The translations under genes and the position numbers were made by a program. The notes under the pieces are model-generated. The model ran no database searches. It saw only the letters and a program-made list of their open reading frames with translations, and was not told where the DNA came from. This document shows positions 10,030-19,629 of a stretch of 64,000 nucleotides of DNA, one piece after another (positions within the stretch are counted from its first letter, which is position 1; every line of letters starts with the position of its first letter). The stretch comes from Patescibacteria group bacterium (lineage in GTDB: Bacteria > Bacteroidota > Ignavibacteria > Kapaibacteriales > Kapaibacteriaceae). The stretch spans positions 96,317 through 160,316 of the forward strand of contig JBIICY010000004.1 in the NCBI GenBank assembly GCA_044238605.1, given 5' to 3'.

Positions 10030-10674
10030 ATGCTTGTTGAAGACTGGGGAATGATTGATTTTAACGATGCGTGGCGTCGGCAGCGTGAGCTGTCCGACGC
10101 CATTCTGCATGATAACCACCCCGATACACTCGTGTTCTGTCAGCACCCACCTGTGATCACCCTCGGGCGCAACACACAGTCTGGCAGCGTTCTTGCAAGT
10201 CAGGAACTGCTCAAGAGCATGGGAGTGGATGTTGTTGAGATAAATCGAGGCGGGGAAGCTACGGTGCACAACCCGGGTCAGCTCGTAGGCTATCCGATCT
10301 TCCAGCTGCAGCGCACGAAACCTGACTTGCATTGGTTTCTACGCACCATCGAGCAGTGCATCATTGACGCGCTCATGGAGATTGGTATTCAATCCGGTCG
10401 AGTAGACGCACTGACTGGTGTTTGGATCAAGGAACAAAAAAAGATCTGCGCCATTGGAATCCACTGTAGCAGGTGGATTACCTCCCATGGTTTTGCATTA
10501 AACGTAAACAACGATCTGCAGCTATTCTCAACTATTGTTCCTTGTGGCATCACTGAACGAGGCGTTACATCAGTGCAGGAGATCATTGGCGGTACAGTTT
10601 CGTTTGATCATGTGCAACGATTGGTCGAAAAGCATTTTTTGCTGAAGTTTAGGTCGGAAAGCGTAAGTAATTGA
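10030..10674 (+). CDS. lipB: Octanoyltransferase LipB
   Basis: LipB-like features are present (PPVITLGR, RGGEATVHNPGQLVGY, KICAIG). ATG 10030 lies just after the lpdA stop, and the track start 10009 overlaps lpdA. Confidence 0.85.
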   Translation: MLVEDWGMIDFNDAWRRQRELSDAILHDNHPDTLVFCQHPPVITLGRNTQSGSVLASQELLKSMGVDVVEINRGGEATVHNPGQLVGYPIFQLQRTKPDLHWFLRTIEQCIIDALMEIGIQSGRVDALTGVWIKEQKKICAIGIHCSRWITSHGFALNVNNDLQLFSTIVPCGITERGVTSVQEIIGGTVSFDHVQRLVEKHFLLKFRSESVSN

Positions 10675-10736
10675 AAGTAATGGGCATAGCAATATCTATG
10701 GCGAGCGTGTAATTTCTCTGTACTGAAAATTAACCG

Positions 10737-10757
10737 TGTGGATAACTATGTGGATAT
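10737..10757 (-). promoter_or_regulatory. Two tandem DnaA-box-like 9-mers
   Basis: TGTGGATAA (10737-10745) is the exact reverse complement of TTATCCACA. TGTGGATAT (10749-10757) has one mismatch. The two have the same orientation and a 3-nt spacer. Confidence 0.4.
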
Positions 10758-10807
10758 CTGTAAGAGTTCTTAAATACAAGGGTTTAGCTCATGGTGAAAA
10801 TTTTGGG

Positions 10808-10839
10808 TTTGACAAGTATAGGCGGTTGGTTTAGTTTTG
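10808..10839 (+). promoter_or_regulatory. Promoter of tRNA-Gly: -33 TTTG (also TTGACA) plus -7 TAGTTTTG
   Basis: TTTG at 10808-10811 (TTGACA at 10809-10814) is separated by 20 nt from TAGTTTTG at 10832-10839. The tRNA starts at 10854. Confidence 0.5.
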
Positions 10840-10853
10840 TACTGTTCTTCTAA

Positions 10854-10927
<74 letters not shown>

Positions 10928-10943
10928 GACGACGCAAGTCGTC
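10928..10943 (+). other. Short GNRA-tetraloop hairpin directly 3' of the tRNA
   Basis: GACGAC-GCAA-GTCGTC starts 2 nt after the discriminator base. It could be a processing or stability element. Confidence 0.3.
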
Positions 10944-10961
10944 ACTTCCTCTTTATGCTGC

Positions 10962-11007
10962 ATGCCTTGCCATCTCATTCCCCCCTGATGGCGAGGCATT
11001 TTTTTTT
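10962..11007 (+). terminator. Rho-independent terminator after tRNA-Gly
   Basis: ATGCCTTGCCATC-(12 nt)-GATGGCGAGGCAT stem with one G-U pair, followed by T9. Confidence 0.75.
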
Positions 11008-11067
11008 GCAGTAAATTCTGCCTGTGATCTGCACACTATATCCATCACTTGGTGCGTCAAATCGAAC

Positions 11068-14000
11068 ATGGCAAAGATCATAGTTCTATGCATTGCGCTT
11101 GCAGCAACAACGTTGTTTGCGCGCGTGCCAAACGGGTTTACCGTTACGGCAAACACAGCTACACAGTTGCGAGTAACATACGTTTCTGATTCAACGCAAT
11201 TGCTCGGTCCATCTCTGCGTGAGCACAGGTCTGCAGATGGAGCCTTGCGGCAGATCATCGCAAGTGCAGATGTTATTGTCTCTGGCGAGCATGGATTCGA
11301 AGTAGTTGGGCATACGTCCAACATCGGGAAAACGCAGCTTCAGTTGCCAGCAATGCTACAGCAGGATGTGCGCGAGCAGCGGTACCCGGATGTATTGGCC
11401 CAGCGTGCGGTCTTGAGATACGTTGGCGTAAGCGGTGACAGACATGTTGCCCGCTTATCGCTTGTGATTGCTGAGCAGAATGGTGCCGGCCCCCTAACAT
11501 GGTATGCAAGGCATACGGTTGATGTGAGACTTTCTGGAGTTCCGCAGAAGGGGCGCATGACGCCGACGATGCTTTCCGTGCTTAATCCAAACGCGCCGTG
11601 GTGGATTGGCAGAGATCTACAGGTGCACACAAAGACCAGCGACAATGCACAGATGCTTGAAACACTTTCCAATGTGTTCGCTCTGCGGATCCAGGAAGAA
11701 GGGTTTTATAGAGTTAGCCGAGATCAGCTCCGCAGTTCAGGTATTCCCACTGATGCTGAGGCGGCGCGCACACTTAAGGTTTTTGGTCGGGGAGGTATGG
11801 AGCTGCCGGAAATGGTGGATTCAGCAAAGGCGAGCACCCTCCGTGAGCAGCCGCTACTTGTGCGAACAGAACCCGATGGATCTATCCGTGAAATCGTGTT
11901 TTATGCGTGTGGCTTATCCGGCTGGTCGGCAACGGCCCAAGGCATCACGCATAACATACATCACTTCTCAACGTCAGCGCAGTATTACCTCTCGTACGGC
12001 GGGGCAGACGGAATGCGTGCCAACTCGCGTGCTGCAGCTACGGCCGAACCCGACGTGCGTCCTACGTCGACGATTGGCAGAGTGTTTCAGGAAGAGGAAC
12101 TCATTCATCCATACAACAATGGCTCTGGACGTCGGTGGTATGGTCGGTCGATTGAGAACAAAGGGTCGCTGACCGTGACAACGCTGCTGCCGGGTTTTGT
12201 CCAAACCGGCGATGTGTTCTACAGGTACGTCGTAGGCCATAGGGGAAATGCACCGGGCTATGTAACAATCTCAGAGAACAACACACTCGTGGCTCAGCGA
12301 ACCATCGATGCTGTGCCTGATTACATGGATGCGTTTACGATCTCTGGCAACGGAACACTTGCTGCGTCTCGTATTGCAGCCGATGGTCGCAGTGTGCTGA
12401 AGTTCGGGTACAACAGTGCGGACAACAGTTCAACTGGTATGATCGATTGGTTTGAGATTCATTACCCACGTAATCTCAATGCGCACGAGAACACCTACGA
12501 GTTTTGGACGCAGCCGCAGGATGGGGTCCATGAGTATTCCGTCAATGGCTTTTCGGGTGAGGTACTTGGCGTAGACGCTACAGATCGGTCACGTCCGGTC
12601 TGGATTGAAAACACCGCTGTTACCGGCGGTATGTTCGTTGTGAAAGAGCAGCAGTCGAAATCGGCGTTACGACGATACACATTGAGCTCGGTACTGCGAG
12701 GAACCGAGATCCGCCGGATTTCCTACCCGAATCTTCGACTCAATCCGCGCGCAGCCGATGCTATCATCATCACTCATCCGTCCCTTAGGGAGTCTGCAGA
12801 GGCATTTGCTGCCTACAGGTCGAGCAAGGGGCTATTGTCTACAAGTGTCGTAACAACCGACGAGATCTTTGCAGAGTTCTCCTACGGTATGCTGGACCCA
12901 ACAGCAATCCGCGACTTCCTCACAATGGCCTATACAACATGGCAGCCTCGTCCGCAGTATGCCGTGTTATGGGGAGACGGACATTTTGATTACAAGAACA
13001 TCTCAAGCTCGGCACCGAACTACGTTATCCCGTACGAAAGTTTTGATCCCGATAACGAAGCATATGGTTTAACAACCTATACAACCGACGACTACTATGC
13101 ACGGATCATTCGGAACGATTCACAGGTTGACCTAGCAGTTGGTCGCGTCCCGGTTTCTTCCAACGCACAAGGCAAGGCTTACATAGAAAAGCTTCGTCGC
13201 TATGAGGAAGAATCTTCAACCGACGACTGGCGCACACGTATAACGCTGATTGCCGACGATAGTCAGGCAGCAGAGAAGACAGACGGTGTGCTGCACCTTA
13301 ACCAAAGCGAAGAACTGGCAAATAAGTTCGTGCCGCGTGAGTTTCAGGCAAAGAAGATCTATCTGGTAGAATATCCTACGGAAAGTGTCTCGCGCGGTCG
13401 TAGAAAACCTGCCGTTACGCAGGAAATGCTCTCAACGATCAATACCACAGGTTCGGTTCTGCTTAACTGGATCGGTCATGGAAACCCTCGGGTATGGGCA
13501 CACGAGGAGATCTTTCGTCGTGAAACAACTCCAAACGACATGCTCAACGTCTCGAAGGCATTCTTCCTTACGGCGGCAACCTGCGACTTTGCACGGTATG
13601 ATATGACAGAGACACAGTCTGGTGCAGAAGAGCTTCTTCTAAAGCCCGATGGTGGTGCAATCGGTGTATTCTCGGCAGCACGCGTTGTCTACTCAACGGC
13701 GAACGCTGCTCTTAATGAAGAGTTCTACACGCATTTGTTTGAGCGCGAGGACAACGGACAATTCCCAACAGTCGGTGTGGCAATGTATCGCGTGAAGCAG
13801 CGATTCAACAGCAACAACGATGAGAAATTCCACCTGCTCGGAGATCCTACGATGCAGCTGCTGGTACCAAAGAATCTAGTTCGCTTCTCGAGTATCAATG
13901 GCACCGATATCGCATCGGATTCAATGCGTGTTACTGTTCCAGCTCTCGGCACAGTTGTTGTAAACGGGGAGATTATAGGCGCAGCAGATTCTGCAGTTAT

Positions 14001-14955
14001 GGAGTCGTTTAACGGCAACATCACGATCTCACTTCTTGATGCACGTCGCTCGATTTCCATCCAGGACAACGACGTCAACAAAACGGTAGCAACATTTACA
14101 AAGCCGGGGCCTGCACTGTATCGAGGCTCATTTGTTGTGCAGAACGGACGCTTTACGGCCACGTTTGTCGTTCCGAAAGACATCTCATTCTCAGCCTCAC
14201 CTGCCGGTCTCTACGGCTATGCTGCAAGCTCAGCAAATCAGTTTGCAATGGGAATGACAGATCGGATCATTGTTGATGGCGTTACCAGCATCAGCGATCC
14301 CGAAACCGATGGACCAGCTATGCAGGTCTTTATGGATTCTCGCAAGTTCCTGCCAGGGGGCTTGGTGCGGATGAATCCGGTTGTGATCGTTGATCTTGAG
14401 GATGCAACGGGTATTAACACCACTGGTATAGGCATCGGACACGACATTACAGCCACGTTTAACGATGATCCGGAACAGGTAATCCTTACGCCAACGTTTA
14501 CCACATCACTGAGTAACAGCCGCGCAGGCACGGCGCAGAAACAGATCTTCGGACTCGGCGCAGGACTGCACACGGTAAAGGTTCGGGCATGGGACGTACT
14601 CAATAATGTTTCGGAAGTAACAACAACCTTCCGCATCGAAGAACAACAAGAGGGTATTCGGGCTGAAGGCTTATTCAATTTCCCCAATCCATTCTCGTCG
14701 CGCACAACAATACGCTATACACATGCCAGCCAGCGTCCGTTCACGGCAACGCTGATGATCTTCGACCTTACGGGAAGAATGCTCGTTGAGCGCGAGATGC
14801 ATGTAACGGACATGCAGACAGCTGATATGGTCTGGGATGGAAACGACGACAGGGGTGAGTCTGCAATGTCGGGCATCTATCAAGCAGTCGTGCGACTTAC
14901 CGATACCAATGGTGCCTCAACATACGTCAATGGTAAACTTACCCTCATTCGCTAA
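11068..14955 (+). CDS. porU: Type IX secretion system sortase PorU (peptidase C25 family) with its own C-terminal T9SS sorting domain
   Basis: Signal peptide MAKIIVLCIALAATTLFA. The gingipain-like core has the His (WIGHGNP) and Cys (TAATCDFARYD) motifs and an IIITHPSL...DPTAIRDFL block. The C-terminus (FNFPNPFSSRTTIRY...GIYQAVVRL) is a typical T9SS CTD. It is adjacent to porV. The track ORF start 10885 runs through the tRNA and is rejected. Confidence 0.8.
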   Translation: MAKIIVLCIALAATTLFARVPNGFTVTANTATQLRVTYVSDSTQLLGPSLREHRSADGALRQIIASADVIVSGEHGFEVVGHTSNIGKTQLQLPAMLQQDVREQRYPDVLAQRAVLRYVGVSGDRHVARLSLVIAEQNGAGPLTWYARHTVDVRLSGVPQKGRMTPTMLSVLNPNAPWWIGRDLQVHTKTSDNAQMLETLSNVFALRIQEEGFYRVSRDQLRSSGIPTDAEAARTLKVFGRGGMELPEMVDSAKASTLREQPLLVRTEPDGSIREIVFYACGLSGWSATAQGITHNIHHFSTSAQYYLSYGGADGMRANSRAAATAEPDVRPTSTIGRVFQEEELIHPYNNGSGRRWYGRSIENKGSLTVTTLLPGFVQTGDVFYRYVVGHRGNAPGYVTISENNTLVAQRTIDAVPDYMDAFTISGNGTLAASRIAADGRSVLKFGYNSADNSSTGMIDWFEIHYPRNLNAHENTYEFWTQPQDGVHEYSVNGFSGEVLGVDATDRSRPVWIENTAVTGGMFVVKEQQSKSALRRYTLSSVLRGTEIRRISYPNLRLNPRAADAIIITHPSLRESAEAFAAYRSSKGLLSTSVVTTDEIFAEFSYGMLDPTAIRDFLTMAYTTWQPRPQYAVLWGDGHFDYKNISSSAPNYVIPYESFDPDNEAYGLTTYTTDDYYARIIRNDSQVDLAVGRVPVSSNAQGKAYIEKLRRYEEESSTDDWRTRITLIADDSQAAEKTDGVLHLNQSEELANKFVPREFQAKKIYLVEYPTESVSRGRRKPAVTQEMLSTINTTGSVLLNWIGHGNPRVWAHEEIFRRETTPNDMLNVSKAFFLTAATCDFARYDMTETQSGAEELLLKPDGGAIGVFSAARVVYSTANAALNEEFYTHLFEREDNGQFPTVGVAMYRVKQRFNSNNDEKFHLLGDPTMQLLVPKNLVRFSSINGTDIASDSMRVTVPALGTVVVNGEIIGAADSAVMESFNGNITISLLDARRSISIQDNDVNKTVATFTKPGPALYRGSFVVQNGRFTATFVVPKDISFSASPAGLYGYAASSANQFAMGMTDRIIVDGVTSISDPETDGPAMQVFMDSRKFLPGGLVRMNPVVIVDLEDATGINTTGIGIGHDITATFNDDPEQVILTPTFTTSLSNSRAGTAQKQIFGLGAGLHTVKVRAWDVLNNVSEVTTTFRIEEQQEGIRAEGLFNFPNPFSSRTTIRYTHASQRPFTATLMIFDLTGRMLVEREMHVTDMQTADMVWDGNDDRGESAMSGIYQAVVRLTDTNGASTYVNGKLTLIR

Positions 14956-14960
14956 CTTTG
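14953..14960 (+). promoter_or_regulatory. -7 box TAACTTTG overlapping the porU stop codon, upstream of porV
   Basis: Exact TAnnTTTG match 26 nt upstream of ATG 14987. Confidence 0.3.
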
Positions 14961-14986
14961 CTCGTTAACGCTTAACAGGAGATGAT

Positions 14987-16051
14987 ATGATTATCCGCTC
15001 ATGCGGGATAGTAGCTGCAATGTTTATCGTAGCAACGTCTGTTGCGCTTGCCCAACCGGGCGGTGCTGCAGTACCGTTTCTGCTGATCACTCCCGATGCG
15101 CGCGCCAGCGCCATGGGGGATGTAGGAACAGCTACCACGAATGATATTAACTCGGTTTTCTGGAACCCAGGGGGCTTGGCATTCAACCAAGCTGATAATC
15201 AGGTTGCGCTCAGTTATTCAAAGTGGCTGCCACAGTTCAATGCAGATCTCTTCTACTCCTATGGAACGTACGGACAGTACGTTGAAGATTTGGGCGGTAC
15301 CATTGCTGGAACATTCATCTTTATGAATCTTGGTGAGTTTACCAAGACAAACGAAGCCGGACAGGCTCTCGGCAAGTTCAGGTCAAATGAGTTCTGCCTC
15401 GGCGTGTCATACGGTACAGAGATATCCGACGAAGTTGGACTTGGTGTTCAGGTCAAGTACATTCAGTCCAACCTTGCGCCAGCGAGCGTAGGAGCCTCAG
15501 GCGCTGGAATTGGTATTTCCGGTGCATTCGACTTGGGTGTTATGTGGCGTCCGCGCGATGAGTCTATCAAGGGCCTCAGCGTTGGTGCTAACCTCCAGAA
15601 CGTTGGTCCAAAGATGACCTACGATAAGGAATCGGATCCATTGCCAACGAATTTTCGTCTTGGTGTTGCTTACGATGCCTACGAAGACGAATTCCTAAAG
15701 TGGACCATCACCGCAGAAGCTATGAAGCTTCTTGTCCGTCGTGACGGCAAAAACTCCGACCCAATTCCTATCTCGCTCATCACGGCATGGGGCAAGGGCG
15801 GCATCGAAACAGGGATCGGTACGGAGCTGCTCATCGACCGCGTGTTTGCTACGCGTGCTGGATTTTTCACAGAGCCATCAGCTGCTGGTGGACGTCAGTA
15901 CTTCACTGCCGGAGCCGGTGTGAAGTATGATATCTTCCGTGCCGACTTCAGCTACTACATCACCGTTGAGCGCAATCACCCTCTCGGCAATACCCTGCGA
16001 TTCTCTCTGATCGTTGATTGGGGAGCAGAGGGAGTAGACGGTAACAGCTAA
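14987..16051 (+). CDS. porV: T9SS outer-membrane shuttle protein PorV (LptO) / PorV-PorQ family beta-barrel
   Basis: Signal peptide followed by the family N-terminal block PFLLITPDARASAMGDVGTATTNDINSVFWNPGGLAF. The rest has beta-barrel character, and it lies immediately downstream of porU. Confidence 0.8.
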   Translation: MIIRSCGIVAAMFIVATSVALAQPGGAAVPFLLITPDARASAMGDVGTATTNDINSVFWNPGGLAFNQADNQVALSYSKWLPQFNADLFYSYGTYGQYVEDLGGTIAGTFIFMNLGEFTKTNEAGQALGKFRSNEFCLGVSYGTEISDEVGLGVQVKYIQSNLAPASVGASGAGIGISGAFDLGVMWRPRDESIKGLSVGANLQNVGPKMTYDKESDPLPTNFRLGVAYDAYEDEFLKWTITAEAMKLLVRRDGKNSDPIPISLITAWGKGGIETGIGTELLIDRVFATRAGFFTEPSAAGGRQYFTAGAGVKYDIFRADFSYYITVERNHPLGNTLRFSLIVDWGAEGVDGNS

Positions 16052-16086
16052 TACCGCACTCGGCAAACGGTAACAGAAACAGAAGT

Positions 16087-16704
16087 TTATTCAGCGGCGG
16101 ACCCAGTGGTTCGCCGCTGTCGTTTTCTCATGAAGAACACAGCCGCAGCAATGATCACGAGACCCGTTATCACCCACCCATAGGTTGCGATGTACGTGTC
16201 TACCTCGCGCCAGCGCGACCCGACGTGTGCGCCAATCTTGAGCAGGAGGTAGTTCCATGCAAGCGAGCTTATCGTGGCATAGACCATTGTGCGCGGAAGA
16301 GGAAGCTTCACAATTCCCGCCGTAAATGAAATCACTGCCCGCGTCCCGGCAAGAAAGCGGTTGCTGATGATGATCAAGCCGTGATACTTGTCGAACAACC
16401 GTTCAACCTTAACGATAAGGGGCGGGGTGATGAACGGTACCCATGGAGACTGTGCAATAGCCTCGCCGTACCTGCGTCCAAGTCCGTACGCAGAAGCAAA
16501 CCCAGCAAATGAACCGGCCGTCGACACGGCCAGTGCTGGCCAGAATCCAATCACCTCCATGCCCACAAACGTGCCCATGAACACCAACAGCACGTCTCCG
16601 GGCCACGGCGGAACGAGGTTCTCGATGTACACAACCACAAATGTTGCGACCAACAAGCCCCATACCGGCCACCCAGATACTATACTTACAACGAATTCGA
16701 GCAT
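16087..16704 (-). CDS. DedA/VTT-domain family membrane protein
   Basis: DedA-like pattern (ENLVPPWPGDVLLVFMG..., GRRYG, ISNRFLAGTRAVISFTAG) with multiple TM segments. Confidence 0.8.
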   Translation of the reverse strand: MLEFVVSIVSGWPVWGLLVATFVVVYIENLVPPWPGDVLLVFMGTFVGMEVIGFWPALAVSTAGSFAGFASAYGLGRRYGEAIAQSPWVPFITPPLIVKVERLFDKYHGLIIISNRFLAGTRAVISFTAGIVKLPLPRTMVYATISSLAWNYLLLKIGAHVGSRWREVDTYIATYGWVITGLVIIAAAVFFMRKRQRRTTGSAAE

Positions 16705-16746
16705 GCGTCCTCGGAATCAATACCACCAACCTACAACAACGTGACG

Positions 16747-16754
16747 TAATTTTG
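16747..16754 (+). promoter_or_regulatory. -7 box TAATTTTG upstream of pruA
   Basis: Exact TAnnTTTG match 26 nt upstream of ATG 16781. It overlaps the GTG used as the track ORF start, which argues for ATG 16781. Confidence 0.4.
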
Positions 16755-16780
16755 TGGTCAATCATGTTGAGAGGAAAACA

Positions 16781-18334
16781 ATGAAGCAGTTTAGCAACGA
16801 AACATTCCAAGAATTTTCCAAGCCGGCAGTAGCGGCAAAACAACGCACCGCACTTGCGGCAGTGCGCAAGGCGTTTGGGAAGGAATACCCAAACATCATC
16901 AACGGGAAACGCGTTGTTACGAAAGACAAAACAACGAGCCATAATCCTGCGGATCCTGCAGAGATCGTAGGCGTGTTTCAGAAGTCAGGCAAGGACGATG
17001 CAGAGAAGGCAATGAATGCCGCACTCAAGGCCTTTGAATCATGGAAGAAGGTTCCGGCAAAGGATCGTGCCAAGGTGCTGTTCAAGGCTGCGTCGATCAT
17101 TCGCAAGCGTCGTAATGAGATCAATGCTTGGATGATTTCCGAAGTTGGAAAGAACTATCTCGAAGCAGATGCTGATACGTGCGAGGCGATCGACTTCCTA
17201 GAGTTCTACGGACGTGAAATGCTGCGTCTTTCCGGGCCGCAGCCAATCGTGCCGCAGCCTGGTGAAAAGAACGAACTTCTGTACATCCCACTTGGTGTGG
17301 GCGTCGTGATCCCACCATGGAACTTCCCATTCGCCATTCTCGTGGGTATGTCGTCTGCCGCTATCGTAGCTGGCAACACCGTTGTCTTAAAGCCATCCAG
17401 CGACTCTCCGATGATGGGCTGGCTGTTTGTTGAGATCATGAAAGAAGCCGGCCTTCCAGCTGGCGTTCTGAACTATCTGGTTGCCTCCGGCGCTGAAGCA
17501 GGGGACTACCTCGTTGGACATCCAAAGACACGCTTTGTATCGTTTACTGGCTCCATGCAGGTTGGCCTGCATGTGAACGAGCTTGCTGCCAAGCCGCAGC
17601 CGGGTCAGATCTGGATCAAGCGTGTGGTTGCTGAAATGGGTGGTAAGGATGCGATCGTTGTAGACAGTGAGACAGATATAGACACAGCAGTTGCTGGTGT
17701 TGTCGCTGCGGCGTTTGGATTCCAGGGACAAAAGTGCTCGGCATGTTCTCGCGCTATCGTGGACGCTAAGATCTATGATGAGTTCGTTGCAAAGCTGAAG
17801 ATCGAAGTAGATAAGCTTACAATCGGTCAGCCCAAGGACGACGGACGCATCGGCCCTGTTGTCTCTCCACGTGCTGAAAAGACCATTCTTCAGTACATCG
17901 AGATTGGCAAGAAGGAAGGCAAACTTATCTGCGGTGGTAAAAAAGTTGACGGTCTGCCTGGCTACTTTATCGAGCCTACTGTATTCGTGAACGTAAAACC
18001 AACTGCACGCTTGATGCAGGAAGAGATCTTTGGTCCAGTACTGGCTGTCTGCAAAGCAAAGAACTTTGACGACGCACTCAATATCGCCAACAACACGATC
18101 TACGGTCTAACGGGTGCGGTCTATACGCGCAATGCAAAGAAGCTTGCTCGTGCACGCGAAGAATTCCACTGTGGCAATCTCTACCTCAACCGCAAGTGCA
18201 CAGGCGCTATGGTTGGCGGACATCCGTTCGGTGGATTCAATATGAGCGGTACAGACTCTAAAGCGGGCGGACACGACTACCTCTTGCTCTTCCTGCAGGC
18301 AAAGTCTGTTGCAACAAAGGTTAAGGGGCTATGA
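16781..18334 (+). CDS. pruA: L-glutamate gamma-semialdehyde (1-pyrroline-5-carboxylate) dehydrogenase
   Basis: Aldehyde dehydrogenase superfamily with RocA/PruA-type blocks (VAEMGGKDAIVVD, FGFQGQKCSACSR). About 517 aa. Confidence 0.85.
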   Translation: MKQFSNETFQEFSKPAVAAKQRTALAAVRKAFGKEYPNIINGKRVVTKDKTTSHNPADPAEIVGVFQKSGKDDAEKAMNAALKAFESWKKVPAKDRAKVLFKAASIIRKRRNEINAWMISEVGKNYLEADADTCEAIDFLEFYGREMLRLSGPQPIVPQPGEKNELLYIPLGVGVVIPPWNFPFAILVGMSSAAIVAGNTVVLKPSSDSPMMGWLFVEIMKEAGLPAGVLNYLVASGAEAGDYLVGHPKTRFVSFTGSMQVGLHVNELAAKPQPGQIWIKRVVAEMGGKDAIVVDSETDIDTAVAGVVAAAFGFQGQKCSACSRAIVDAKIYDEFVAKLKIEVDKLTIGQPKDDGRIGPVVSPRAEKTILQYIEIGKKEGKLICGGKKVDGLPGYFIEPTVFVNVKPTARLMQEEIFGPVLAVCKAKNFDDALNIANNTIYGLTGAVYTRNAKKLARAREEFHCGNLYLNRKCTGAMVGGHPFGGFNMSGTDSKAGGHDYLLLFLQAKSVATKVKGL

Positions 18335-19056
18335 TCATCATAGCCCTGCTGATTCTGCTTTGTATTCCGGTCTCTGCTCAGGAGTATGCCGAGTTTCACG
18401 GCACGTGGATCCATTCTAAGGTGGTTGAAGTGCTCAATGAGACCAGATCAATTGAGCGCGCGCTGGCTGCTCGCCCCATACACGAGCCCATCTATGTTGT
18501 GATCGACTCTGCGAACAACGATGGGAACGTTACGCTAGCATATACCCTTGGAAAATCTGAGTCTATGGTCTGCAGGAAGTCGTCGTTTCAACATGCTGGA
18601 ATAAAATGGGGGATTGGTGATCAAACCGGCCCCCGTTGGATTCTCACTCGCGATGAAAAGGCTAGGTCGTATATAGCGCTCACGCCTGTTGATAGTCTGG
18701 AGCAATCCCCGATCGTACTCGGAAAGCTGCCTTCGAAGAACTCCGACCCGGCGTTTATCATTCGCAGGATGGTCAATGCGTCAATGCTCGGTGGGAGATG
18801 GAGTAGCGCAAAGAATAAGATCGTAGAGTTCACGACGAACCAGCTTATGGTTACCGACGGTGCACCTACGCCGTACACTCTTGACATCTCAGCAGATGGT
18901 GCAACGGTAACGCTTGTTACCACTTCTGGGCAACCACAGAAGTGGGTTGTTAGGCGAAATGGTCCCGAACTCGTGCTTACATCAATACCCCAAAAGCCCA
19001 AGAAGCGGTCAAAGTTCGAGGCCCCAGAGATTCGGCTCAGGTACCTTGGAAAATAA
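18331..19056 (+). CDS. Hypothetical secreted protein (signal peptide; no domain recognised)
   Basis: ATGA overlap with the pruA stop. It has an N-terminal signal MIIIALLILLCIPVSAQ. I recognise no family. Confidence 0.5.
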   Translation: MIIIALLILLCIPVSAQEYAEFHGTWIHSKVVEVLNETRSIERALAARPIHEPIYVVIDSANNDGNVTLAYTLGKSESMVCRKSSFQHAGIKWGIGDQTGPRWILTRDEKARSYIALTPVDSLEQSPIVLGKLPSKNSDPAFIIRRMVNASMLGGRWSSAKNKIVEFTTNQLMVTDGAPTPYTLDISADGATVTLVTTSGQPQKWVVRRNGPELVLTSIPQKPKKRSKFEAPEIRLRYLGK

Positions 19057-19115
19057 TTGAACGGATGCTAAGTATCTATCTACTATAGCACTTGCGTATT
19101 GTTCAAGGATTTTTC

Positions 19116-19123
19116 TATATTTG
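19116..19123 (+). promoter_or_regulatory. -7 box TATATTTG upstream of rplS
   Basis: Exact TAnnTTTG match 43 nt upstream of ATG 19167. Confidence 0.4.
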
Positions 19124-19166
19124 CGGCCCGATTATCAGAGACATTTAAACACGGAGACACAATCTC

Positions 19167-19550
19167 ATGCATCCTAAAGTAAAAGCCATCGAAACAATGG
19201 CAGCGGCCGAAGCCTTCGAGCAGCGTAAGGCAAAGGCTGGCGAGGCATCACCGGTTCTTCCATCCTTCCGCCCGGGCGATACAGTAAAGATCGCTGTTCG
19301 CGTTGTAGAAGGTGAAAAAGAGCGTATTCAGAACTTCCAGGGCGTTGTAATTGCGCGTCGTGGCAGTGGTATGAACGAAACATTCCGTGTTCGTAAGATC
19401 TCGAACGGCGTTGGTGTTGAGCGTATCTTCCCGATCCACTCACCAATCATTCAGTCCATGCAGGTTGTCAAGGAAGGTACAGTTCGTCGTGCGAAGTTGT
19501 ACTACCTCCGCGGCATGAGCGAAAAGAAGATTCGTCAGAAGCTGTCATAA
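19167..19550 (+). CDS. rplS: 50S ribosomal protein L19
   Basis: [33 protein letters not shown]...[13 protein letters not shown]...[10 protein letters not shown] is diagnostic for L19. Confidence 0.95.
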   Translation: MHPKVKAIETMAAAEAFEQRKAKAGEASPVLPSFRPGDTVKIAVRVVEGEKERIQNFQGVVIARRGSGMNETFRVRKISNGVGVERIFPIHSPIIQSMQVVKEGTVRRAKLYYLRGMSEKKIRQKLS

Positions 19551-19629
19551 GCAACATTGTGCTGCAAATAAACGTTATAGCATGGCTCCGAGATTACGGG
19601 GCCATGTTAGTTTTTACGAGGTCACATCG

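Noticed and set aside
10675-10853. I considered whether the AT-rich spacer with DnaA boxes is the replication origin.
   Set aside because: I found only two boxes. There is no dnaA or dnaN nearby, no obvious switch in coding-strand bias around this point, and the spacer is only 179 bp. I kept it as a possible DnaA-regulated or titration site.
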